A stretch of DNA of 64,000 nucleotides from an uncultured bacterium (GCA_903898755.1 CAIUGT010000125.1:2386-66385), one strand, 5' to 3'; shown: positions 26,940 to 35,915, numbered from the stretch's first letter. Notes: generated by a model not told the origin, from the sequence alone. Numbers and translations are program-made.

Positions 26940-29248
26940 GGCGCGCTCCTTGAAGTGGTTTGCAGCGGCGCCGTTTTAGGTTCTGGCACCACTGGTGCCG
27001 CCGGCGCAACATCAATCGGCTTGTTTAAGTCCGTGCCAAGCCTTTGCATGTACGCAATCACCGCCAACACTTTCATGTCCTTTACGCCTTCCACGCCGGA
27101 GGCCGTTCCATTTTCTGTAACCAACTGCGCAAAAACTTTGTCCGATTGCGTATGCGCCAATTTCTCGGCATCCGCAATTGTTTGCGGGTTGTAAGGCACG
27201 CCAACTTTTGAAAGCGTTGTCACCGCGCGGATGGCTTGCGACCAGTCGATTGGTTGATCAACTAAATGCGCAAATGGCGGCATGATAGAACCTGGACTGG
27301 TATCCACGGGATTATTGAAGTGACGAAGGTGCCACAGCGCGCTTGGATTACGAACTCCTTCGCGCGCAAGGTCCGGACCAATGCGTCGGCTACCCCAAAG
27401 AAATGGATGATCAAACACGCTCTCGCCTGGCTTTGAATATTCACCATAACGCTCCGTCTCGGCTACTAGTGGACGAATCATTTGCGAATGGCAATTCACA
27501 CAGCCTTCGCTCACATAAATATCGCGGCCAATACATTCCAGCGGTGTGAACGGTTCCACGCTTGCAATTCGTGGAATGTCGCTGCGAATCGTGAACATGG
27601 GAATAATCTCAAACAGGCTGGCCACAACCACCGCAATCACCACCCAAATAGTGAATGTCAGCGGCAAGCCTTCAAGCCCGCGGTGCCAACGCAGTGCGGC
27701 GAAGCGATCCAAGGAACGGCCCATTTCAAGCACATTTCCGCTGGGAAGTGATGATTGCGGCGCAACCTCCGGCTTCCAAGATTTGGACAGCGCGGCGGCT
27801 TCATACACCGGAACTTCATAATGGGTGGGGCGCTTGAGCCAGGTCAAGATTAAATTCACACACCCAATGATCAGCGCCGCGAGATACAGCGTTCCGCCAA
27901 TCGTGCGGAGCCAATACATCGGAATTAAGCGAGTGACGGTGGAAAGAAAATCGTATTCCAAAATTCCGTCCGAGTTGAATGTGCGCCACATCAATCCTTG
28001 CATCAACCCGGCCGTGTAAATAGGAATGATGTACAAAATAATTCCAATGGTGGCTAGCCAGAAATGCAGATTCACCCACGATGGTTTGGCGATGGATGTT
28101 TGATACAGCCGCGGCGCAAGCCAATACACCATTCCAAAAACCATGAAGCCAACCCAGCCCAGGGTTCCTGCGTGTACGTGCGCTATGGTCCAGTCGGTGT
28201 AGTGACTGAGTGAGTTCACGCTTTTCACGCTCAACAGTGGCCCCTCAAATGTGCTCATGCCATAAAAGGTGATGGCCACCACAAAGAATTTCAGAACAGG
28301 ATCTTGCGCAACTTTGTGCCAAGCGCCACGCAATGTCAGAAGTCCATTGATCATTCCGCCCCATGAAGGCATCCACAACATCACGCTGAAGAGCATGCCA
28401 ACAGTGGAGGCCCAATCAGGAATGGATGTGTAGTGCAAGTGATGTGGCCCAGCCCATATATAGATGAACACCAAACTCCAAAAGTGCACAATGGACAGGC
28501 GATACGAAAATACAGGTCTTTCCGCGGCTTTTGGCAGAAAGTAGTACATGATTCCAAGGAACGGAGTGGTCAGAAAGAATGCGACCGCGTTGTGGCCGTA
28601 CCACCATTGCATGAACGCGTCTTGGCTGCCGGCATAAATGGAGTAACTGCGGTGCCAATCCGCTGGCATGGCGAGATTGTTGAAGATGTACAGCACGGCG
28701 ATGGCAATGACCGTGGCGATATAAAACCAAATCGCCACATACAAGTGTCGCTCGCGGCGCACGGCAATGGTGCCAAAGAAATTGACCGCGAAGACAACCC
28801 AAATCAAGACCACTGCGATGTCAATTGGCCATTCAAGCTCCGCGTATTCCTTGCCCTGGGTAAATCCAAGCGGCAGGCTGATGGCGGCGGCCACAATGAT
28901 GAGTTGCCAACCCCAGAAATGAATATTGCTTAATAAGTCGCTGAATACACGCGTTTTGAGCAAGCGTTGCGTTGAGTAATACACCGCCGCGAAAATGGCG
29001 TTGCCCGCGAAAGCGAAAATGACCGCGTTGGTATGGAGTGGTCGAAGGCGACCGAAAGAAAGATATTCGCCAAAGTTGGCTGCAGGCATGGTGAGCTGTG
29101 CCGCAATGAGCACGCCGACAAGCATTCCCACCACGCCCCACAACATGGTGACGAAAACAAATTTTCGCACAATGGCGTCGTTGAAACTGAATTGCTCCAG
29201 CGTTTGGGAATGGGCGGGAGGGTTTAATCCGTGAAGCGGGGGGTTCAT
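26936..29248 (-). CDS. ccoNO: Fused cbb3-type cytochrome c oxidase subunits I and II (CcoN-CcoO)
   Basis: The first ~480 aa are a haem-copper oxidase subunit I with conserved His residues (HTNAV, GPHHLHY, HVHAGTLGW). Then comes a TM helix and a CcoO-type monohaem domain (CVNCHSQMIRP...GPDL). Confidence 0.9.
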   Translation of the reverse strand: MNPPLHGLNPPAHSQTLEQFSFNDAIVRKFVFVTMLWGVVGMLVGVLIAAQLTMPAANFGEYLSFGRLRPLHTNAVIFAFAGNAIFAAVYYSTQRLLKTRVFSDLLSNIHFWGWQLIIVAAAISLPLGFTQGKEYAELEWPIDIAVVLIWVVFAVNFFGTIAVRRERHLYVAIWFYIATVIAIAVLYIFNNLAMPADWHRSYSIYAGSQDAFMQWWYGHNAVAFFLTTPFLGIMYYFLPKAAERPVFSYRLSIVHFWSLVFIYIWAGPHHLHYTSIPDWASTVGMLFSVMLWMPSWGGMINGLLTLRGAWHKVAQDPVLKFFVVAITFYGMSTFEGPLLSVKSVNSLSHYTDWTIAHVHAGTLGWVGFMVFGMVYWLAPRLYQTSIAKPSWVNLHFWLATIGIILYIIPIYTAGLMQGLMWRTFNSDGILEYDFLSTVTRLIPMYWLRTIGGTLYLAALIIGCVNLILTWLKRPTHYEVPVYEAAALSKSWKPEVAPQSSLPSGNVLEMGRSLDRFAALRWHRGLEGLPLTFTIWVVIAVVVASLFEIIPMFTIRSDIPRIASVEPFTPLECIGRDIYVSEGCVNCHSQMIRPLVAETERYGEYSKPGESVFDHPFLWGSRRIGPDLAREGVRNPSALWHLRHFNNPVDTSPGSIMPPFAHLVDQPIDWSQAIRAVTTLSKVGVPYNPQTIADAEKLAHTQSDKVFAQLVTENGTASGVEGVKDMKVLAVIAYMQRLGTDLNKPIDVAPAAPVVPEPKTAPLQTTSRSAP

Positions 29249-29366
29249 ATCTTTTGTTCTCCAACGTAAGCCGATTTGGAAGGGCCCAACAGCGAGCCCA
29301 TGAAATCCGAATCAAATCTGCGATAGAAAGTCTTTGATTTGGCTGTTTTTGCTTTTAGCGAATTGC

Positions 29367-29412
29367 AGATATCGATATCTTACTATATACTCTAATTAAA
29401 GATAGGGATATC
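29367..29412. promoter_or_regulatory. Candidate operator in the ccoNO / rrf2 divergent promoter region
   Basis: A perfect 14-bp palindrome, AGATATCGATATCT, lies at 29367-29380. A third GATATC hexamer lies at 29407-29412. The surrounding sequence is AT-rich. Confidence 0.4.
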
Positions 29413-29504
29413 ATAGATTGAAATTTAAAATGTTCGGATTGCAATTGAAGCGGTCTTCAATTACCGAAACATGGTCTGAAATCTCGCCTTCCAAAGGAAT
29501 GCCC

Positions 29505-29999
29505 ATGTATGGAAAACAAACCGAGCGTGCCATTGCGGCCATGAGTTATTTAGCGGAGGTATGGGACAATGGCAAAACCAAATTGTCCGCTGTTCAAATA
29601 GCGGACGCTCGCTTTTTGCCGCGGGCCATGGTGGCCAAAATTTTAACCACGCTTTCACAAGCTGGACTGATTATTGGTTCTCCTGGTCCGGGTGGTGGAT
29701 ACGCGTTAGCGCGGCCGCCTATTGAAATTTCATTTCAACAGGTGTTCGAATTGTTCGAGCGTGAAGACCGTTCGCATCTGTGTCCATTTGGTGGCGGAAT
29801 TTGCGGCGTGGGTACGCCTTGTGCCCTTCATGATCGCTTGGTGAGCGCGCAAGATGGAATTAAATCATTTCTTGTCGACAGCACATTTGAAATTTTCCGA
29901 TATGCCTCGCAGGTGGAGGGTTTAAAGCCCACCGATTTAACTATGATTCCGCCCAAGCCGCGCGAAAGTTTCCGCGCTCTTGGAAAAAGACAATCGTAA
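29505..29999 (+). CDS. Rrf2-family transcriptional regulator with a three-Cys cluster motif
   Basis: It has a winged-helix N-terminus (MYGKQTERAIAAMSYLAE...LSAVQIADARFLPRAMVAKILTTLSQAGLIIGSPGPGGGYALARP) and C-x6-C-x5-C (CPFGGGICGVGTPC). An AAGGA SD lies 6 nt upstream of ATG 29505. An alternative start is 29499. Confidence 0.85.
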   Translation: MYGKQTERAIAAMSYLAEVWDNGKTKLSAVQIADARFLPRAMVAKILTTLSQAGLIIGSPGPGGGYALARPPIEISFQQVFELFEREDRSHLCPFGGGICGVGTPCALHDRLVSAQDGIKSFLVDSTFEIFRYASQVEGLKPTDLTMIPPKPRESFRALGKRQS

Positions 30000-30159
30000 C
30001 GCCGACTTTAATTTCCCAACATACTTGTGAATTGGTCCAAACTTGCGCATTGGGTTCGATTATATTTTGTTCAATACAAGTCATTGCTCGCATCTAGGGG
30101 CGTGAATTGTTTGCGCAACAGGTCGTGTTTTCTTTACAGAACTTATGTAAGATATTTTC

Positions 30160-31563
30160 ATGATTGATTGGCGCAACACACTTTGGATTCAACGCTATAC
30201 CCCTCGATTGGCAGTTACTTGCGCCACCATCTTTATATTGTGTCTTTCGCTTTCAAGCATGCCTGGTTGCGCCGGTGGCGGCAAGAAAAAATCGCCCAAC
30301 CTTTCGGACCGCGCCGCCATGGTCACGGGGGGCACCAGTGGTTTGAAGGATGAGACTATTACTTTGCAGCAACTTGACGCAATTTCAAACGCGTTCGCTG
30401 ACCGCTATTACACGCTGATGTTGGCCGCCAGTGAACGCGTGATGTATAAGAATCCGTCGGTAGAGCAGCGGCGACTCATGAATGGATTGCGCCTTCTTGG
30501 CGTGTCCAGCATGTACGACATTGCATCAAGTCCAGATGTGTTCACGCAACTTATTGATCAACTTGTGGTGGTCACGCTGCAAAATTATTACTGGGTTGAT
30601 TCCGGCAGGTCGCAAAAGATTTTTGGTGACCGCGCGCAGCCGTTGGTGGAAAATCTTCGCCGTGCTCGCGAGGACGTTTGGGCCTCCGCCGCGCGCGTGT
30701 TTACCAAGGCGCAACTTGAGCGCCTGGATTTAATCATTGCCAATTGGTGGCGCACACGTGGCGGCACGGAGTTTGTTGCGTATGTTCGTTTTGCGGATAT
30801 TGCCACAAGCAAAGGCGTCGCTCTTGTGGAAGAAGTCAAAGATGGTGGCGGTTTGTTGGAGCCCGTTGATCGCGCAGTGGAGCGCGCCGCGGAGGCGCAG
30901 CAAACTTTTGAGCGCACATTATTTTATACCAAACGCCTGCCTTTATTCATCAATTGGCAGGTCGAAGCACTGTTGTACGACGTGCTGATTATGCCTGAAA
31001 CCCAGCAGGTTTTAGGCGATGTCAACCGCATCAACGCGGTCGTTGCTGACGCGCCAAACATAATTCAGAAGAACACCACCGTGGCGTCGCAGTTGCTCAC
31101 GCAGTACCAAGACTCCATCAACGCAACCAGTTTATTATTGGAGAAGATCACACCGCTGGCCAACACCGCGGAACGTATTACCAAAGAGGCTGGAACCAGC
31201 GTTGCCCAAGTGAACACCACGCTAAATACGATCAAGCAAATGCAACCTCCGCCCGACAAGAACGCGCCAGTCAGCAAGCCCGTTGAGATAGCGGATTACA
31301 TTAAGTTGTTGAACGAAATGCAGCAGAATTTGGAGGAGACCAGCAAGATCTTGTCCACCACCGATTCTTTGTTGGGCTCCTCGGAAATGGCGGAGCGCCT
31401 AAAGCCAATCGAGTCGCTTATGCGCGCGCGTGTGGATGAGGTTCACAAAGCCGCGGATCAAGTGGTGAATGATATTTTCATTCGAGTCATTGCTGTCGTG
31501 TTGGGAATATTCGCGCTGATTGCATTGCTGTTGTGGTGGCGCGGCAAAGGAGTGAAATCATGA
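30160..31563 (+). CDS. Hypothetical lipoprotein with a C-terminal TM anchor and coiled-coil region
   Basis: It has a lipobox-like LSSMPGC after a hydrophobic N-terminus and a C-terminal helix VIAVVLGIFALIALLLWW. I recognised no family motif. Confidence 0.5.
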   Translation: MIDWRNTLWIQRYTPRLAVTCATIFILCLSLSSMPGCAGGGKKKSPNLSDRAAMVTGGTSGLKDETITLQQLDAISNAFADRYYTLMLAASERVMYKNPSVEQRRLMNGLRLLGVSSMYDIASSPDVFTQLIDQLVVVTLQNYYWVDSGRSQKIFGDRAQPLVENLRRAREDVWASAARVFTKAQLERLDLIIANWWRTRGGTEFVAYVRFADIATSKGVALVEEVKDGGGLLEPVDRAVERAAEAQQTFERTLFYTKRLPLFINWQVEALLYDVLIMPETQQVLGDVNRINAVVADAPNIIQKNTTVASQLLTQYQDSINATSLLLEKITPLANTAERITKEAGTSVAQVNTTLNTIKQMQPPPDKNAPVSKPVEIADYIKLLNEMQQNLEETSKILSTTDSLLGSSEMAERLKPIESLMRARVDEVHKAADQVVNDIFIRVIAVVLGIFALIALLLWWRGKGVKS

Positions 31564-32786
31564 ACAGTGTTTTGTACGCATTGACGTTGACTGGCGCGCT
31601 TTTAGGCGCGACAACTTCTCCTGTAACTCAGACCGCTCCAGTTGCCCCCGCCGCCAAAACAATTCCCGCAACTCCGTTGGTTCCAGCTCAATCCGTGGCG
31701 CCTGCTGTAACGGTTGCTCCTGCGGCTAATGCAATTCCTTCAAAAACACAGGGTCCAGACCAAGTCATTCCACCCGAGCCCGTAATCATTGACGAAGAAA
31801 TTGCAAAAATCATCTATGATTTCCCTGATTATGTGCCCGTTCCGTCGTTGAAGGGGTCCATCACAATCCAGGGTTCCGACACCATGGCGTCAACCCTGAC
31901 GGGTCTGGCGGAAGCTTTCAACAGGCTGTATCCAGATGTAAAATTTAATATTCGTGGCGGAGGTTCAGGCCAAGCTTTGGAAGACCTTGTAGCGGGGACG
32001 TGCGACTTTGCATCGGTGTCGCGCGATCTGACGGACGCCGAAGTGGCGCAGATTAAAAAAGATTCTGGTGTGGATGTTGTTGAAATTAAAATTGCTTCAG
32101 GCGGCGCGTGCGTGATTGTGAACGCGGATAATCCAATCACAAAAATTACGCGCGAGCAACTGAATGGAATTTTTGCCATTACACACTCCATGACCAAGGA
32201 CCCCATTTTTGCTTGGAAGGAATTGGATCCAACTTCTCCGATTGGTCAAGAGTGGATTGCGCTGTATGTCACGGATGAGAACTCAAGCACAATGAAAACA
32301 TTCACGGATTTCGCCATGCCCAACGAGCGCTTCACCACAAGTTACTTTTACCGCGAGCCCTCGCCTTCTTCGGTAGTGAACGCGTGTTGCGCCTACAAGA
32401 CCGCCATAGGTATTGGATCGTTCAAGCACATGCAGCCGCGCGCCAAGACACTGGCTGTTTCCGCCGACAACGGCAAGACGTTTGTGGCGCCTACAGAAAT
32501 GAATATTTACACCGGCGAATATCCCATGTCGCGACCACTGGAATTAGTGGCGGTGCTGGACAAGCAAGGAAACCTTCCGCCGCTTTTGGTGGACTTTGCG
32601 CGCTTTGCGCTGTCTGAAACCGGTCAAGACGAAATCCATGACGAGGGCTATTCGCCCGCGGATCCAAAGAAATTGCCTACGTTTATTGTCAAGGCTCACG
32701 CGGCGGCGGCGGCTGCCGCGCCTCATGCTGTGCCTAAGAGTTTGCCTAGCGCCGAGCCAAACGCAACGCCAACCGTTGCTCCCTAA
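31560..32786 (+). CDS. PstS-family (PBP_like_2) periplasmic substrate-binding protein with a Pro/Ala-rich N-terminal linker
   Basis: ATGA overlap with the upstream gene and an AAGGAG SD. The core is GSITIQGSDTMASTLTGLAEAFNRLYPDVKFNIRGGGSGQALEDLVAGTCDFASVSRDLT. There are no pstCAB genes in the window. Confidence 0.7.
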   Translation: MNSVLYALTLTGALLGATTSPVTQTAPVAPAAKTIPATPLVPAQSVAPAVTVAPAANAIPSKTQGPDQVIPPEPVIIDEEIAKIIYDFPDYVPVPSLKGSITIQGSDTMASTLTGLAEAFNRLYPDVKFNIRGGGSGQALEDLVAGTCDFASVSRDLTDAEVAQIKKDSGVDVVEIKIASGGACVIVNADNPITKITREQLNGIFAITHSMTKDPIFAWKELDPTSPIGQEWIALYVTDENSSTMKTFTDFAMPNERFTTSYFYREPSPSSVVNACCAYKTAIGIGSFKHMQPRAKTLAVSADNGKTFVAPTEMNIYTGEYPMSRPLELVAVLDKQGNLPPLLVDFARFALSETGQDEIHDEGYSPADPKKLPTFIVKAHAAAAAAAPHAVPKSLPSAEPNATPTVAP

Positions 32787-32955
32787 AAGCGTTTCGCACT
32801 TCAACGCACGCCGCGTTCATTATTGTGTCCTGCGCACTGCCAACTACAACGCGAGCTATTACTTCTAACAAAGCACCACCTCTGCAACAATTCATCGGCG
32901 AACTTCTATGAAGTATGTGTGTCAACACGGTCATCATCACAGCTTCGCTTTCAAA

Positions 32956-34764
32956 TTAAAATTCAAGTAACAGCCTAGACACATCGGATGAATCAACTTC
33001 TCCGCTGTTGTCAAGATCTTCAACGCAGCAGGGGCAAGGACCAAAAGATAAAAGCATCACGCTGAGATCCGCAGAGTCAACACCTCCTGAACCATCCACG
33101 TCCGCTGACTGCTCCACGGAAAAACTATTAATCGCGGTGCTCCAACTGCTTCCACCAGTTTCGCCAATACACCAGAAGGTGCAATCATTCACGGGGTCAA
33201 CGGCAATTCCAAAGTAATCACCCCAGCGATTACCAGCAGTAGTTGGACTGGTGCTTCCCGTGGCAAGCATGGTGGATTGACTCATGGTTCCATTTGCATC
33301 CAAGGCGCGGCGCGCAGAAATGCTGACGTTTGGAAAAACAGTCAGCGAACTTGCTCCGTAGGCAACGGCAACATCGCCGCGCGCATTGGCCGCAATAGCT
33401 GGAAAGAAAGTGGACTCGCCAGTGCTTGGCAGAATGGTGCCGCTTTGACCAAGCGTTGGTGTGGCGGTGGAAGTGGTTGGCCAATTATTCAAATTCACTT
33501 GATACCAACGCGCGGCCGCTTTGCTTGAACTGCTAATGCAATGCGCGGCGTACAACTTTCCATCGCGAATGTTGGCGTTCATGATGCGACCATCAAGCGT
33601 GTCAAGTGTGCCAGTGGTGGAACCCTTTACCGGAGCGGTCGGCGGCGCGGCGCCTGTAGCAACTATGATCGTCTTAATAGAAACCACAGGACTAGTGAAT
33701 GGATTTGCAATGGAGTGCACGCGCATGGATGTGTTTGTTGCACGGCTTACAAAGAGAGCCTTGGCATCTGGATACGCGCTGGCCACTTGTACGCTGGAGG
33801 AGCTGGAGTAATTCACATCGGCATAGACCGCGGTGCCACCTGTAAGCAGCGGAGTTTTATTAAAGCTGCGGAACCACGCGCCCGCAAAGCCACTGGTGAA
33901 ACCAAAGAGATTGCCCGTGATATAGATGCCGTTGGCGTCAACGCCAAGACCGGGATAATCCACCCAATAATTAACGCCACCAATGGTGACCACGCATGGG
34001 GTGCGGTACTTGTACCACGTGCCATTTGGATCGCTGTCATCGCTAATGGCAATGTCCATGTACGCAGTGGACGTTGAAGAATAATATTCAGGCGAAATCA
34101 CAATGAAGCGATTTGAATGTTGGTCATAGATGCATTTGGGATCAAACACAAAGGTGCTCGCGCCAACGGGCTCAAAGAATCCAGGCGCGCCGGTGCTGTC
34201 CAGCGCCACTTGGAAAGTTTTTGTGCCACTTTTGGTGAAGAAGGCAATTTGACTATTCACCGTTGCAATGACGTGGTTTGGGCCAACGGCCAGCGTGCAA
34301 TCTGGCGGTGTCCAACCTGAATTGCCAATGCCCGTGAAATATTCTCCGGGCTCAATTTGCGTGTCGTTGATTTCGGTTGGGGCCACAAGCGTGTTTGGTT
34401 CGCCATCTGGAATCACGCGACCCATTTTGTGCGGCGGAAGATACGCGCCCTTACGCATGCCCTCGAACTTTGGCGGAGCGTCTTGAATTTGCGGATTAAA
34501 TGTGTTGGTGTTGATGATGGTGGCAACGCATTCGCCGCGGGCAACGCCATCAATAAGTTTGGTTGGTTTGCACTCTGTGGGGCGCGGATCTTGAAAGACC
34601 AGTGGCATTGCTTGGCCGGATTTTTGTGGCATGGCCGCGGCGGGTGAGTTGGCGGATGTGTTTGTAAGCGTGACGGTCGGCGCGGTTTGATTGCTGTTCA
34701 TAACGCAGGCGGAGGTCAGCAACCCAGCGACGCAAGACAAAGCGATATTGGCGGCGGTCTTCAT
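32956..34764 (-). CDS. Secreted lipoprotein, probable beta-propeller, with a C-terminal dockerin/EF-hand-like repeat pair
   Basis: It has the lipoprotein signal MKTAANIALSCVAGLLTSAC, the Asp-box-like SDDSDPNGTWYKY, and NRWGDYFG. The C-terminus is DVDGSGGVDSADLSVMLL...DLDNSGEVDSSDVSRLLLEF. Confidence 0.55.
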   Translation of the reverse strand: MKTAANIALSCVAGLLTSACVMNSNQTAPTVTLTNTSANSPAAAMPQKSGQAMPLVFQDPRPTECKPTKLIDGVARGECVATIINTNTFNPQIQDAPPKFEGMRKGAYLPPHKMGRVIPDGEPNTLVAPTEINDTQIEPGEYFTGIGNSGWTPPDCTLAVGPNHVIATVNSQIAFFTKSGTKTFQVALDSTGAPGFFEPVGASTFVFDPKCIYDQHSNRFIVISPEYYSSTSTAYMDIAISDDSDPNGTWYKYRTPCVVTIGGVNYWVDYPGLGVDANGIYITGNLFGFTSGFAGAWFRSFNKTPLLTGGTAVYADVNYSSSSSVQVASAYPDAKALFVSRATNTSMRVHSIANPFTSPVVSIKTIIVATGAAPPTAPVKGSTTGTLDTLDGRIMNANIRDGKLYAAHCISSSSKAAARWYQVNLNNWPTTSTATPTLGQSGTILPSTGESTFFPAIAANARGDVAVAYGASSLTVFPNVSISARRALDANGTMSQSTMLATGSTSPTTAGNRWGDYFGIAVDPVNDCTFWCIGETGGSSWSTAINSFSVEQSADVDGSGGVDSADLSVMLLSFGPCPCCVEDLDNSGEVDSSDVSRLLLEF

Positions 34765-35168
34765 GTGATAAATTTAGTACATACACGCCGCAATTCCGTG
34801 GAAATATTTCAACTTTTGAGCATTTGGGCGAATTTTGGTTCGGATTAGGACGCGCTTTGGGCAGGATTGCGCTGGGATTTGATGGTGGGGGGAGAAAAGT
34901 TGTTTGTGTGGGAACTTTAGGCAAGTTGTCTTCAATCAAGTCAATGCCCATCTGCGCAGAACTTTTTTGTGCTGCAAAAATAAATCAGCGCGGTTGTTCA
35001 ATTCATGTCAGGCGTCCGTTGCGGATTTATTCACTGGCGTAATTGCGGCGCGTAGGTTCTGCATCCATGTTGGTTGCTTTCATTGGGTTGTATGCAGATT
35101 CGAAACATGAAGGCGGTCCGCACCTATTGGATAGAAATCGAGTTCTGGCACCCCACACGTCCAAACTT

Positions 35169-35912
35169 CTATCCGCCAACAATCCAGTAATACACGCGGC
35201 CGTAGATTTCTTTCAGCGCGGTATCGGTTTGCTGCAGCGTGCCGCCGCTTGGAATGAACGAGCGCGGCGTCATGCCAAGTTTGGTTTGAAAGTCCACGGG
35301 GAAGGGGATTACTTCCAAGCCAGCGCGACGAAAAAGCATTTCGGCGCGGCTCATGTGATATGCGGATGTGACAAGAAGAATGCGCGGGATGGTGGGAGAT
35401 TGTCCAACGCCAAGCAACTCCGCAATGCCCGCGGCTTCTTGTTCGGTGTTACTAGCTTTACCAGTGGTGGATAGCGCTGATGCAGGCACACCAAAGTCGC
35501 GGGCGCGTGCGATCAATACATCGCCGATGAAGGGCATGTCAGGTTTCCAAGCGGACCAGCCCCCCGTGAATATCAGTCGCGGCGCTTTGCCGGCTTTATA
35601 CAAATCAAAGCCACCAAGAAAGCGGTCGAAGTCGTCAAATTCAAATGATGTTGCGTCACCAGGCACATCGCGAATGCCAAAGCTCAGCACCACAATTGCA
35701 TCGGCGTTTGGAGCCTCGCTTGTCACTTGCCGCACTCGCCAACCTTCAATGGCGCGCATAAGCACATTACTGACCACGGGCGTACTTGCCGCCCACAGCA
35801 GAACCAGCGCAACAACAACGGGCCAACGCCGGCGCGTGCCCAGTGCAACCACAAGCAGCACCAGCGCAACAAACACTGGCATTAAAAACAGAGGAAGTAT
35901 TTCGCGAAGCAT
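35169..35912 (-). CDS. YdcF/DUF218 (ElyC/SanA-like) family protein
   Basis: N-terminal TM helices are followed by DAIVVLS, RLIFTGG and LLVTSAYHMSRAEMLFRRAG. Confidence 0.8.
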   Translation of the reverse strand: MLREILPLFLMPVFVALVLLVVALGTRRRWPVVVALVLLWAASTPVVSNVLMRAIEGWRVRQVTSEAPNADAIVVLSFGIRDVPGDATSFEFDDFDRFLGGFDLYKAGKAPRLIFTGGWSAWKPDMPFIGDVLIARARDFGVPASALSTTGKASNTEQEAAGIAELLGVGQSPTIPRILLVTSAYHMSRAEMLFRRAGLEVIPFPVDFQTKLGMTPRSFIPSGGTLQQTDTALKEIYGRVYYWIVGG

Positions 35913-35915
35913 GGG

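Noticed and set aside
30040-30070. tRNA-like T-loop string GGTTCGATT
   Set aside because: The flanking bases cannot form a T-stem, and I could not draw acceptor or anticodon arms.
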